From positions 4,590,001 through 4,654,000 of the forward strand of contig CM075990.1 of assembly GCA_038087875.1 (NCBI GenBank): a stretch of DNA of 64,000 bases, written 5' to 3'. Both the position numbers and the translations under genes were made by a program. Below, piece by piece: positions 50,299 through 64,000 of this stretch (within the stretch, counting starts at the first letter, position 1; each line of letters opens with the position of its first letter). The notes beneath the pieces were generated by a model that had not been told where the DNA came from, did no database searches, and was given only the letters and a program-made list of their open reading frames with translations. This DNA is from Malacoraja senta (lineage: Eukaryota).

Positions 50299-53200
50299 TA
50301 AAAAACTATTTTGGATTTAAACAGGTTAGGAAAAAACTTTCTTGTAATTACTTCACAGTAATCAGGCACCATTGTCTCTTAAGATCATTGTTGCATCAAA
50401 TTAACCATAGGTGATTATTGAAATTGACTAGCAATCACTAATATTGACACATGCAACGATGCTCTGCTAAACAACGGAACATATAGCCTTCAATATTTTT
50501 AACTTGCATTAACAAAAATATACATTACTATTGAAAAGACCATTATTTTGAAATCCTGTGGGAAAAATAATATTTTTTATTACGTCTGAATCACTCGAGC
50601 CCCTAATCTCCTATTCCCCATTAGCACAATTGCCTGTATAAGGTGATTTTCTATAGCATGAGATTTCTTCGGAACGCAACTACCGTGTTCTAGCAGAAGT
50701 ACCTGCACCGTCATATAAATTAATTATTTTCATTAAATTATTGGTTCCTGGCAGTTTCTAGAATGTATTATCTATTTTAAACCCTTGAGTATAATATAAA
50801 GTAATTATTTGATATCTCTATAGTGTCTTTATTCCTTTGATCATTTGTCAAGGTGGACTTTGTCTGTAATTTTAAGCCAGGTTAGGACGACAAGGTCCAA
50901 CCTGGGAAAGCAGTTGCTGATTACTACTCTTTTGAGATTAGTGCTGTGGGTGTTGTCCCACTTGGTCCAATCACTGCTTGGTGGTGTGTCATGAACAGCC
51001 TGTAACAGGCAGGAGTCTGCCCTTTGAAACCTGATCCGAATGAATGACTTGTAGGTTGCAATAACATGAATAGATGGAATGCTATCGGGGGTGAGGGGAT
51101 TGATGGTTAATGAGTCGAAGGTTATGTCAAAACAAGCAGGGTTGAATTCAAGATTTAATTCATACAGTGCACTCTCCAAACTGACATGTGGACACATGAA
51201 AGAAATACCTATATCGATGATATTAATAAACAAACACAAGGACTGTCTAAATAATAACTGCCTTTAAACTTTATATTCTGATTTTAGATAGAAAATTCAG
51301 TCGACTGCTGTCAATATTTAAAAAAATAACACGGCACGGGGGCGCAGTGGTAGAGTTGCTGCCTTACAGCGCTCACAGCGCCGGAGACCCGGGTTCGATC
51401 CTGACTCTGTTCAGAGTTTGTACGTTCTCCCCGGACCGTGGGTTTTCTCCGAGATCTTCGGATTCCTCCTACACTCCAAAGACGTACAGGTTTGACTGGT
51501 TAATTAGCTTCAGTAAAATTGTAAATTGTCCCTAGTGTTGTAGGATATGTGCTGGGAACGGTTGGTGCAGACTTGGTGGGCCAAGGGCCTGTTTCCGCGC
51601 TGTATCTCTAAACTAAAAACTAAACTAAATCAGCTGGTTATGCATTGGAGATTCTTAAATATTGTTTTGGTTTTTAGTTTAGTTTTTAGTTTTAGAGATA
51701 CAGCGCGGAAACAGACCCTTCGGCCCATCGTGCCGACCAGCAATACCCATACCCAGCACTATCCTACACACTAGGGACAATTTACAATTTTACTGAAGCT
51801 AATCAACGTACAAACCTGTACATCTTTGGTGTGTTGAGGAATCTGGAGCACCCGTAGTAAACCCACATGGTCACAGGGAGAACGTACAAACTCCGCACAA
51901 ACAGCACCTGTAGTCAGGATTGACTTTGTTAAAGTCACATAAAAAGTGAAATCTTCATTAGTGAAGTTCACGGAACAGTGCTGTTAGGTTTAGATAGATA
52001 GATAGATAGATATGCCTTTATTGTCGTTCAGACCGAAGTCTGGACGAAATTGCAGCAGTCATACATATAATACAATATAAACAACAATAAACACATATTA
52101 ACATCCACCACAGTGAGTCCACCCAACATCTCCTCACTGTGATGGAGGCAAAAGTCTTAGGTCTGCAGTCTCTTCCCTCCTCTTCTCCCTCTGCGCTGAG
52201 GTGATACCCCCCGGGCGATGTTAAATCAGTTAAACCTGCGTAATGCTGTGCTGAAACTACTATCATTAGTTTCATAGCAAGTTCCATGGGACGTGTCAAC
52301 TTATAGTGCTGCAAATATACAGCCAGTTCTTGAAGAGGACCGGCACAGTGGTGCAGCGGTAGAGTTGCTGCCTTACAACGCCAAGACCCGGGTTCGATCC
52401 TGACTACAGGTGCTGTCTGTACAGAGTTTGTACATTCTCACTGTGACTGTGTGGGTTTTCTCTGGGTGCTCTGGTTTCCTCCCACATTCCAAAGGTTTGT
52501 AGGTTAATTGGCCTCTGTAAATTGTCCTGAGTGTAGGATAGAACTAGTCTACGGGGCGATTGTTGGTCGTCGTGGACTCGTTGGGCCGACGGGCCTATTT
52601 CTATCTCTAAAGTAAACTAATTACATAAAACATCATTTTTCTAACTGCAAAGAAGTGTTACTATTGAATGAATAGATGATTTAGTATGCAGTGGGCTTTT
52701 GAAGGGTTCACCCAGGGGGTCAGAATCTAGTGAAGAACATTGTTTACAAGTGGTGCATTCTTTATACACGGCCCCTCTGAAACCCCCCAGAGCCACAGCT
52801 GGATACCTGCGACAGGAACTCACCTGGAAGTCTCTAAGGCCTCCAGCATATGCAAGCCTGTCATGGAGGGAAAGACTGCGCTACCCATGTGTCTGGGCTG
52901 AAGGAAAAGAAAATGGAGTCTCATCTTCCCTGAATTTGGGTGAGCACCCAAATGTAGCAATGAGCTGCACTGTTTATGGAGCTGCAGCAACTTGGCATGA
53001 TCCTGAAGCTAGGAAGCTAAAAGTGGCCACAACACATAGGGAATGCACTGGAGCACAAGCACACCAGCTTCTGTTTCAATGGGAGTCATTGGGTTTCAGA
53101 GAGAACAAACTATGCAGCTGGAGTATTGACCATTGGAATGGTTTTAGGAGAAATAATATAAATCTTGTAGTTCTAGGGATAATATAAAAAAGGTCATCCA

Positions 53201-56200
53201 TAAAACCTGAGGTTGAAAATTTCACCCGAGGAATAGTGCTAATTGCCTTAGAATTTATGTTATTTGATAATTGTTTATGCTGGATGAAACTTAAGAGAAG
53301 AATGAAAATCCCGCCAGAAACTAAGGGTGAATCCATTGGAGCCAGAAACGTAGAGAAAATTGTTGAAATCTTATTAAGCAGACTTATTTTTTCCAGAGTT
53401 GAATGAATAGGTTTCTAATTCTCTTGAGTACAATAAAACCTTTCATGGTCCACTGAAAAGGTTACTTAATTTCAACAGGGAATAACTAAGGAATGAATAT
53501 GAAGTCAAATTAAGATATGAATATAACGTTGGAGATAAACAATGTGACGAGTGTCACAGAATGATGGCTTTCGCTAAACATCGGTGCCTTGGATTTTGAA
53601 ACTCGTAACAATTTAGGTAGGTTCACAGGGAAAGCCTTGGTGGGGTAATGGAGTTAGTGGAACGGAAGGAAGGAACCAAAACCCACAGGTGAATGACACA
53701 AAATTATGCCTGAACGAACAAAGACAAATGGACTTGACTCCAGTCCAGTGTAAAGTAATGCATAGGATAATATTGGTGAATAACCTCATAAAATAAATAT
53801 TAGGAAAACAGTGCAATCAGCTCCTTGGCCTTGCTGACTTTAGACTTTAGAGATACAGCGAGTCCACGCCGACCAGCGATCACCCCGTGCACCAGCACTA
53901 TTCCACACACTAGGGACAATTTACAGAACCCAATTCACCTGCAAAGTTGTATGTCTCTGGAGTGTGGAAGGAAACCAGAGCACCCAGAGAAAACCCATGC
54001 AGTCACAGGGAGAACGTACAAACTCCGAACAGACAGCACCTGTAGTCCGGATTGAACCCCAGTCTCTGGCGCTGTAAGGTAACAACTCTACTGCTTTGCC
54101 ACTGTGCCGCCCCCTCAATGGGGGCGGCACAGTGGCAAAGCAGTAGAGTTGTAACCTTACAGTTACCTGTTACATGTTACCTTACACGCCAGAGACATGT
54201 TACCTTACAGCGCCAGATTGTTTAGCGGTACCATTCAATCAGATTTTCAATCTCCCTCCTACATTCTGAACCGTTATTTGTCCGACAACGGTGGTATCGT
54301 TCGTGAATTTAAAGATCATGTTGGAATTGTGTCCTGCAATGGGTATGGAGAGAATAGAGACAAGGAACTGAGCAAACAGTGTGACATGTTCCTGTGCTGA
54401 TGGTTATCACGGTAATGTACTCTTCAGTTCCAAAACAGTAAAACCATGGTTGCAGTCAAGAACTAGTCAAAATAGTCTTCACCACAAGAATTTGGTGAAG
54501 ACTTAAAACTCTAAATATAAATGTAAATGAAGGTGAATAACATCATGAGGGGAATAGATAGGGTGGATGGATGCACAGAGTCCTTTACCCAGAGTAGGGA
54601 AGTCAAGAGAGGAAAGATTTAATAGGAATCTGAGAGCCAACTTTTTCAGATAGACGGTGGTGGGTATAAAGAACAAGCTAACAGAGGAGATAGTTGAGGC
54701 AGGTACTATAACAAAAATTTAAATACATTTGGACAGGTACATAGATAGGAAAAGTTTAGAGGGATATGGGCCAACTATAGGTGGGACTAGTGTAGATGGA
54801 GCATCTTGGTCAGCATGGGTAAGTTGGGCCGATGGGCCTGTTTCCATGCAGTATGACTCTATAACTGTAAGAGAGCCCTGACTCTCATTGCTAGGAATTC
54901 TAACTATTGTTTAAAGTTGTTTTCAAATGAATGCTAATCTAATGCACCGTGGGGTGGCACAGTGGTAGAGTTGCTGCCTTGCAGTGCTAGAGATTCTGAC
55001 CACAGGTGTTGTCTGTACGGGGTTTGTACATTCTCCCTGTGACCTGCGTAGGTTTTCTCTGTATGCTCCGGTTTCCTCTCGCACTACAAAGACATGCAGG
55101 TTTGTAGGTTAATTGGCTTTGGTAAAATTGTAAATTGTCCATAGCGTGTGTAGGTTGTTTGTTGGTGTGGGCCAAAGGGCCTGTTTCCGCATTGTATCAC
55201 TAAACTAAACTAATAATCAAAGAACTGCAGATGCTGGTTTAAATTGAAGGTAGACACAAAATGCTGGAGTAACTCAGCGGACAGGCAGCATCTCCAGAGA
55301 GAAGGAATGGGTGATGTTTCGGGTCGAGACCCTTCTTCAGACTGATGTTTTGGGTCGAGACCCTTCTTCAGATAATAATCGGTAGTATCCCATCATATGA
55401 AAAAAAAAAAACCGTGAAGAACAGAAGATAAATGGTCACCAATTTGTAATAACTCCACACTAATTATTCTCCTGTTTCCCAATGATTGAAGTCAGTGAGG
55501 CACCTGTACACTTGCAATGTTATATCACAGTTTATAGCAAATGTGTAACTTGGTCAAGGTTCATTTCGATTCATAACCTTAGGATGCCACAACCTGTTTT
55601 ACAGTCCATGATAGACTTTAGTGTTGCAATGTAGAAATTAAAATTGAAAGCGCAAAGTCAGCAGTTTCATCCAGCTGGTTGCTCATTAAAATGCAATACC
55701 TGCAGTTTATTGAGCACTTAACTGCTCCAGTATCTGATGATGTACCTTCACCGAGTTAAACATTGTCTAAGATTTATACAGGTTAAAAACAACTTGTATT
55801 AATGCAGCACATTTCCCAGAAAGTTCAGAGAGGAGAAACAGATTGCAAATAACAAAAGGGTCAAGAGAGGTAAAAAATATTTGTTTTTGAGGAGATTTTT
55901 GGAATTGAGAAGCTGGCAAAGGGATACAGTGATACAAATAAACGTGAGCAAACTTCTTTGTTCCGCTCTCCACTGGTACAAATACAAATGAGCTGGACTA
56001 AAATGTAGGGGGTTTGATTAACAAAAATCGTTGAAGCTACAAAATTGTCTACATGGAAGCAAGGTGCAGGAATGTACGATGGACTAGCTCAGTGTTCACA
56101 AAGACGGCAAAAGACATTCAATCGGGAAAATTGTGAGGGAATACATTTAGTTCCAATGCTAGCAAAGGAATGCATGATCAATGGTGCAATATTAAAAGTC

Positions 56201-56550
56201 CAGAGGAAGTTTGCAATGCATGTTATAGTACACACTAGACACAAAATGCTGGAGTAACTCAGCGACATGGGCAGCATCTCTGGAGAAGTGGAATAGGTGA
56301 CATTTTGGGTCGGAACCCTTCTTCAGACTTTTTTCTCCTCCTTTGTCGGCAGGTTTTGTGAAAGTACAAAGTGGGTAAATTAAGTGATTATGAGGCAAAT
56401 ATGATACTTGCTTCTTTTGGCTGAGGCATCGAATAAGAGCACAAATATAATGTTAGAGCTGTATAAAACACTGGTTATGACCCATTAAATGTACTATGCA
56501 TAGTTCTGGTCACTATGTTATAGAATGTGGTTAAAAACAGAAAGATGAAT

Positions 56551-57646
56551 TCAAGTCAAGTCAAGAGAGTTTATTGTCATGTGTCCCAGATAGGACAATG
56601 AAATTCTTGCTTTGCTTCAGCACAACAGGATATTGTAGTCATAAATACAGATCAGATCAGTGTGTCCATATACCATAGAATATATATATATATATACACA
56701 CATCAGTAAACAGATAAAGTGCAATAGGTTGTTATAGTTCATGGTTTGATTTAAGTTGTGTTTAATAGTCTGATGGCTGTGGGGAAGAAGCTGTTCCTGA
56801 ATCTGGATGTTGCAGATTTCAGGCTCCTGTACCTTCTACCCGAAGGGAGCGGAGAGATGAGTGTGTGGCCAGGATGGTGTGGGTCCTTGATGATGCTGGC
56901 AGCCTTTTTGAGGCAGCGACTGCGATAGATCCCCTCGATGGTAGGGAGGTCAGAACCGATGATGGACTGGGCAGTGATTATGACTTTTTGCAGCCTTTTC
57001 TGCTCCTGGACGCTCAGGTTGCCATACCAAGACACGATGCATCCGGTCAGCATGCTCTCTACTGTGCACCTGTAGAAGTTCGAGAGAGTCCTCCTTGACA
57101 TACTGACTCTCCGTAATCTTCTCAGGAAGTAGAGGCGCTGATGTGCTTCCTTTATGATTGCATCAGGGTTCTGGGACCAGGAGAGATCTTCGGAAATATG
57201 CATGCCCAGGAATTTGAAGTTCTTGACCCTTTCCACCATCGACCCGTTGATATAAACGGGACTGTGGGACCCCATGCTACCCCTTCCAAAGTCCACAATC
57301 AGTTCCTTGGTTTTGCTGGTGTTGAGGGCCAGGTTATTGTGCTGACACCATTTGGTCAATCGGTCGATCTCACTTCTATACTCTGACTCATCCCCATCAG
57401 TGATACGTCCCACAACAGTGGTGTCGTCGGCAAACTTGATGATGGAGTTCGCACTATGACCGGCTATGCAGTCATGAGTATAGAGTGAGTACAGCAGGGG
57501 GCTGAGCACGCAGCCTTGAGGTGCTCCCGTGCTGATTGTTATCGAGGATAACACATTTCCACCAATACGGACAGACTGTGGTCTATGAATGAGGAAGTCA
57601 AGGATTCAATTGCAGAGGGATGTGCAGAGACCCAGTTCTGAGAGTT
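56551..57646 (-). mobile_element. Rex1/Babar-type (CR1 group) LINE, 5'-truncated, with RT C-terminal ORF 56751-57554
   Basis: GAPQGCVLSPLLYSLYTHDC...IIKFADDTTVVG...KTKELIVDF; (TTGAC)n 3' tail; one TGA stop just upstream of the ORF. Confidence 0.9.
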
Positions 57647-57723
57647 CAGAGAAGATATACAGTGTCCTCCATAACGTAACGCTTGTTAAAATGCCTCGCA
57701 GATATGAAACGTGCTTTCAAATA

Positions 57724-58617
57724 TCTCTATACTTATAAAACTCTGATCTTGGATGTGTATTTATTTGTGTGTGTGTTTGTGTGTAATCACATCTTCATGA
57801 AAAAACAAATGAGGTAACGGTAAAAAAAATGTACATATTCCAGTAGACATTTCCCCCCTGGAGTCCAAAATCGCCTTATCTGAAAATTTCATGCTTCATT
57901 TCTCGCGTTATTAATGAAAATGTTCAAAAATCCGACTAAACTTTGAATTTAAAAACGACTGTCTTTCGCTGATGACGTTACAATGGGTCTGCATGCCTTG
58001 TTCCTCGCGCTGCGAGTGACGTCACCCCACCCCCCCCCCCCAATCCTCCCTCCTCCCCCCCGTTATTCAAAGACGCAGCCGGAGAAGTCGGGTCCTGGAC
58101 TGAAGACCAAAGATCATAGCTGAAGACTGCGGTGGCCCAACTCGCGGTCCTTTGGTTGACACTCGCCCACTGCCTCGCTCGGGGTCCTCGTGTCGGCGCA
58201 TAGTGGGGAGGTTGCTGCTGCTGCTCTGCCTCTGTCGCTGCCCTCTCTCTGCCTCTACCCCGCTGTCTCTGACCCCTGCCCTCTGACCCTTGCCCTCTGA
58301 TCCCTGCCCTCTGCCTTCTGCCCCCTGCCCTTTCCCTCTGTCTTCTGCCTTCTGCCCTCTGTCTTCTGCCCTCTGTCTTCTGCCCTCTATCTCTGCCCCT
58401 GCCCTCTCTACCCCCCTCCCTCTCCCTCTATAGCCGAGCCTGCGAGTTGGGGGCTATGAGTGAATGGATAGGGTGGGGGATGGGGTAAAAGGAGCGAATG
58501 AATAATATTAATATATTATCAAGGGGGGTGGTTTGTGTGTGTGTGTGAGACGCCGCAGGCCGCCTCCCGCAACCGCGCGTTGAGGGGACAAGACCCAACG
58601 GGTCCCACTTGGTCTAG
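57724..58617 (+). mobile_element. Non-autonomous Helitron
   Basis: A|TC 5' end (TCTCTATACTTATAAAA); 3' hairpin GACCC-AAC-GGGTC (58592-58604) 9 nt before CTAG|T; no TSD. Confidence 0.8.
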
Positions 58618-60699
58618 TATATCATAAAAAGGAACTGCAGATGTTGATTTGTGCCAAAGATAGACACAAATGCTGGAGTAACTCAGCAGGTCAAACAGCA
58701 TCTTCGGTGAGAATGGAATTGGTTTCAGTCTGCAATTTTAGTCTGAAACCAGTCTGTAGAATGGTCACGACCTGAAACGTCACCTTTTCATTTTTTCTAT
58801 AGATGCCGCCTGACTACTGAGTTACTCCAGCATTTTGTGTCTTGCAAATATATATTTGGTGGTATCTTGGCAGAGGTCAAATACACTCTCTGTCTAACAA
58901 CTTTAAAGCAGTATTTTGTTTTGTTAAATGAGTCCTCTTCTGTTTTAATCAATAAACAATGTTCTTCCTTTAGGCTTGAAACAGTAACCTGTGCATCATT
59001 ATTGAACTCGGGTCATAGTGTATACTGCCTTGACATGACTTGACAATGCTGTTCCTAGACCTGGAAACAATTCATGCTGCCCAGCCTCCGTTCCCAGTGC
59101 TGAATACAGCGCCAGGGCAAATTACTTTTGTGATGTTTTTCATCACAAATGTGGAGTCAAACTGGGGATTAGATTATACACTAAGCAGATTTAAACAGAA
59201 GCAATTTGTTCTGTGCAATCAAAAGTAACTGCATTTAACAAAGGGTCGATTTTGAGAATCTGGGGCTCAGCGATACATGTATGACTCATGCAGGCCATGT
59301 TTTCTTATTAGTGGTGAGTTAACTGATGGACTGCAAAATGCGAAAATATCATTAGTTTTATATTGTTTCCAAGATGGGAAGAGCATACATCAACCAGCAT
59401 TGTTGCTTTGTGTTCAATGGAAGTGTGGATGTAGGGCAAGGAAAAGGCAGTAATGACCTTTCGCGAAGAAAAGCATGTTGACACACTAGGTCCTGGCTTG
59501 CTGCTCTTGAAGGTTAGAATCTTGTGTGAGTCTTCGATGTGGGGGAGGGGAGAGAGAAAGAGAGAGAGAATTACTTTGAAATATAAAGGGCAAATTACTT
59601 AGCTGGGTGACAGCATAGATGAGAGGGTTATGGAGAGAAGGCAGGAGAATGGGGTTAGGAGGGAGAGGTAGGTCAGCCATGATTGTATGGTGGACTAGAC
59701 TTGATGGGCCGAATGGCCTAAGTCTGCTCCTATTGCTTATGAGCTTATGGAGATAGACTGGAACAAAAATATTGTGTTTATTGTTACTGTATCATGCAAT
59801 CAATCTATTTTTTCCCCCCTTACATGTTTGTTTTGGAATCATTCAGAGAGGGTCAATAACGTTATTCCCTGTACAACTTCCAGGGTTCAATCCTGACCTT
59901 GGGTATTCTTTATGTGCCCATCTTCCCCCTGACTGCTTGCGTTTCCTCCCCCACCACAAACATCTGCTGGCAGATTAATTGCTCCTCTAAATTACTCTTT
60001 AGAGTTGGGGGGAAATATATTTTTTAAAGGACTTGATGGGCATTTTGAGAGAAAATAAATGACTTAGAGATAAAAAGGGCAAATTGCTTTGCAAAGTACC
60101 AGCATCGATTCAAGGGGCTCAATGTACTCGTACTGTGTCACAGTGGGTGAATATAATGTTAGTCGTATAATCACAGCTTGGCAAAGTAAGCACACTGGCA
60201 TTCTTTGTTAATTGAAGAGTGAAGCAAACATATAAAATCAATTTAATTGAATTTTAAAATAAAGTTAATCTTGCATGATGTGGTAGCGCCGCTAATGACA
60301 TGGAAGAAAATGGTAAAAAGACCCTAAATTAAATGTATTTCCTGAGCTGTGCTGGGTTAACTGATTCCAACTTGGAAAGCAAATTATCCTGTAAATTTCT
60401 GCTCATTGGGAGTTCTTTAATACTTATTTTTGAGAAAGGATTTTGTTGCAAGGCCAGCATTTATTTCCCATCCTCAATCGGGTCAGGAAAATCCAAAATG
60501 GTGGTTTTACCATCCTATGTGGCTTCCCAACTGTGACATCGATGAAGATGTTCACTGGCAGATGCCAATTAAGGCTGTAGTTGGGCTTGGCAGGGATTCT
60601 CCTTTGGTTTTTAATTAATTTGCTGGACTAATCCTCCTAGTAACATATAACAAGGTGAAGGTTTGAAGGGCATCGGAGGAGTAGACTTTCATACTAAGT

Positions 60700-61165
60700 T
60701 CTCCCGGTTACTGAACACTTTAATTCTCCCTCCCATTCCCACACTGACCCTTCTTTCCTAGGCCACTTCCATTGTCAGAGTGGGGCCAAATGCAAATTGG
60801 AGGAACAGCATCTCATATTTCGCTTGGGCAGCTTACAACCCAGGGGTATAATGATTGATTTCTCTAACTTCAAGTAACCCCTGCATTCAATCTTTTCCAT
60901 CCCTCCCCCACCCAGGTCACACCAGCTTTTCGTTCTCACCTAGCAAACAGCTAACAATGGGCTGTTTCCTTTTTCATTGTTACTTTTTTGCATATCTTTC
61001 ATTCATTTGTTCTATAACTCTCTCTACATCATCGTCTATATCTCTCGTTTCCCTCTCCCATGACTTTCAGTCTGAAGAAGGGTCTCGACCCAAAACGTCG
61101 ACCATTCCTTCTCTCCAGGAATGCTGCCTGTCCCGCTGAGTTACTCCAGCATTCTGTGTCTATCT
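60700..61165 (+). mobile_element. Penelope-like 3' fragment
   Basis: Homologous to ~46035-46410 (KLEEQHLIFRLGSLQP region plus terminal repeat with a hammerhead-like motif at 61072). Confidence 0.8.
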
Positions 61166-64000
61166 AAGAGTAGTTGCTATCGGATCTGAGCTGCCAGAGG
61201 AGGTGGTAGCACAAACTTCAGCAACATTTGAGAGGCATCTGGGCAGGTACTTGAATGAGCAAGGCATACAGAAATTTGGAATTAATGCAGGGAAGTGGAA
61301 TTAGCATAGATAGTCATAATGGTTGGATATGTTTCTCTTCTATACAATTCTATAATCAGTTTGATCTTTAAAAAAAGTGGTTGCATAGAGGCCTGCCCTA
61401 TAAAAACTCTGCACCTAGTGTCACCACACAAGCTTCATTAATCTTATAGTTCTTGGTATGGAGTACATTGATAAAAAAAAAGTTAAGTTACTGGAGTGAT
61501 AGCTAGTGCTCTAGATCATTGATCCAGAGATACAAAGTGGAAGCCCACCATGGCAGCTGAGGAATTTTAAATTCAAACAATTGAATAAATCTTTTTTTTT
61601 TAATTTTTAAGAGCTTGTCTCAGTAACCATAACCACAAAACCACTGGATTGCTGTTTATAAATCTATCTGGTTTGCAGGTGTAGATAGCAACCAGAGAAA
61701 GGTCTCCTGTCCTTCCCTGATTATATATATGGGGCTTGGTTGAGTCTTGAACGCTTCCTCAATTAGGAAGAGACAATGACAGAGACAAGAGACACTGGTG
61801 TCCACATCCCATGAACTCATCTTGTTGCATTTAACAGTTTGAGACCACCATTTTCTCATTTGTTTATTTTCAGGAGCTTTATCAGGCAATTTATCTGTGC
61901 CAGATGTTTTATCCTCTTTTATAATGTTCATAAATTATATGAGCAGAATTAGGCCATTCAATCATGGCTGATCTATCTTTCCCTCTCAACCCCATTCTCC
62001 TGCATCCCATAACCGCTGACACCCGTATTAGTCACGGATCTATCAATCTCTGCATTAAAAATATCCATTGACTTGGTCTCCACAGCCGTCTGTGGCAAAT
62101 AATTCCACAGATTCACCACCCGTTGACAAAATAAATTCCTCTTTCTAAAGGTACTTTTTGCTAAATTCATTCATTTCTCTCTCTTTACATTTGACATATT
62201 AAGTATCCAACCCAGGAGGTAAAATCCCATGTTAACTATTGTAAAACCAGTGAAGAAGTCGTGTTGTAAACGTGTGGAGCTTTGGTGAGACCTGCACTAC
62301 TGAGTGTAGTTTTGACCTCTTTAAAGAAGGTTATGCTTGTTCCAGAAGGGATTTGCAAGATTACTTCCTGGGCTGATGGGACTGAGTAGCATTAGCCTAT
62401 ATTTTCTGAAGCACTGCAGAATGAGTGGTGATCTCATTTTTTAACCTGTATAATTCCTCATCGTTTTGAGGGTGAATGTTAAGAGACATTTTCAACTGGC
62501 AAGCATATGGAAACTGCAGATGCTTGTTTACAAAAAAAGACACAAAGTGCTGGAGTAACTCAGCCAGTCAGGCAGCATCTCTGACGAACATGTGCGACAC
62601 AGTGGCACAGTGGTAGAGTTGCCGCCTTACAGCGTCACAGACCCGGGTTTGATCCTGACTACGGGTGATGTCTGTACGGAATTTGTACGTTCTCCCTGTG
62701 TCCGGTTTCCTCGCACACTCCAGAGACGTTAAGGCTTGTAGGTTAATCGGCTTCCGTAAATTGTCCCTAGGGTGTAGGATAGTGATGGTGTGATTGCCGG
62801 TTGACATGGACTCAATGGGCCAAAGGGCCTGTTTCCCTAAAGTTTAAAGTCTAAAGGATGGGTGACGTTTCCGATCTGGACCCTTCAGACTGATGCAAAT
62901 AGGGGCATTTGTGAAACTTTGAGACTGAAACGTGGGCAAGCCAGCTTGAGAAGGCACTGTGCAGGGCTGCCACTACATGGCGGCGTCAACCTTGTAGTTA
63001 TGGAAACATTGAATTAAAGACATAAAATGAGATTAGATTAGATGCTTTTATTGTCGCATGTGACAAATCACAGTGAGATGCTTTGTTTTGCATACCATGG
63101 CATACAAAGAGGCCCCAGGTAAAGGGCGGCGACAAACTTATAAAGTACCCCCTTTTTTTCCCCCAATGGCTCCCCCACCCACCCACCACCACCACCACCA
63201 CCACTTAGTTCTCGGCACCCCCCCATGCCGGGAAACCCCTTTGTACAATGTGGCGGTGGAGGGGGGATGGGGAAGATAAAACACCCATGGTTTCAAAGGT
63301 CTGTTTATTGTCACGTGTACCAATTAAGGTTCAGTGAAATTCGAATGACCACGGTTGAAAGGCAGAGAAGACGATGGCCTAATTCTGCTCCTATAACTGA
63401 TGAACTTATTTTTTAATTTCAAAATAGACTTTATTCAAGTAATAAATATATACAATACGTGAACCGCGCGAAAAATGTCATCCGACATTTTCGGAGGCTA
63501 TACAAATTGTTCAATGCAGTTAATACATTTTTTCAAATTCCGTTAGATCAGCCAGCAGGAACTTCTTTAATCCACATTATCTCTAAATTCACTTGCATCC
63601 CCATTCACTTGCATCAGCGGTAGCTTCTTTATCGCCGCCAGTACAACCTGTTCTTTACCCAACCACTACTTTAGCACTGAAATCCTAAGGTCACACAAAG
63701 TCTGACCTGTTCCTCATTGTGGTTGCTTGATTTCTTTCCTAAGTGCCTCTTCTCTATCCTCTCTGCTATTTCAATACATGTTTCATATCTCACTATTGTC
63801 ATAAAGGCTATTACATTCTGCTGCTGCCGCATAGCAGCAACTGAGCATTCAATCTCCATTACATGGGAGCAAACCTGCTCTTTAGCATCCCCCACCTTCT
63901 TCCTGTTGCCTTTTACGGTGATGATCATCCCTTTGTTAAGAGAGTCAGGAGTGTTTTATTGTCATATGTCCCAGACAGAACAATGAAACACACACACACA

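Noticed and set aside
63600..63986. ORFs at the window end
   Set aside because: No recognisable domain; may be a decayed LINE fragment

Overview
Vertebrate genomic DNA, most likely from a cartilaginous fish (skate/ray/shark), judged from the repeat repertoire. The only recognisable protein-coding gene is mitochondrial glutamate dehydrogenase GLUD1 on the minus strand. Exon 1 (32980-33423) sits in a CpG-island promoter, and five exons matching human exons 9-13 lie between 25249 and 11555 with canonical splice sites. Exons 2-8 are absent, probably lost in a 200-N assembly gap at 26183-26382. Exon 1 carries a frameshift in a G run. The promoter looks bidirectional. The rest of the window is dense in mobile DNA: CR1 and Rex1/Babar-type LINE fragments, V-SINEs, Penelope-like elements with hammerhead-ribozyme motifs, a near-intact Passport-like Tc1 transposon, Harbinger and hAT MITEs, a Helitron, and a palindromic THAP-bearing element. 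The most striking observations are (i) a 122-bp SINE-like insert with a 12-bp TSD whose first 54 nt fold into a compact HDV-like ribozyme, and (ii) three 12-36 bp TIR-only inserts with perfect 8-bp TSDs that resemble P-element/THAP9-type excision footprints. Family assignments come from recalled motifs, not database searches. Boundaries of degraded repeats are approximate.
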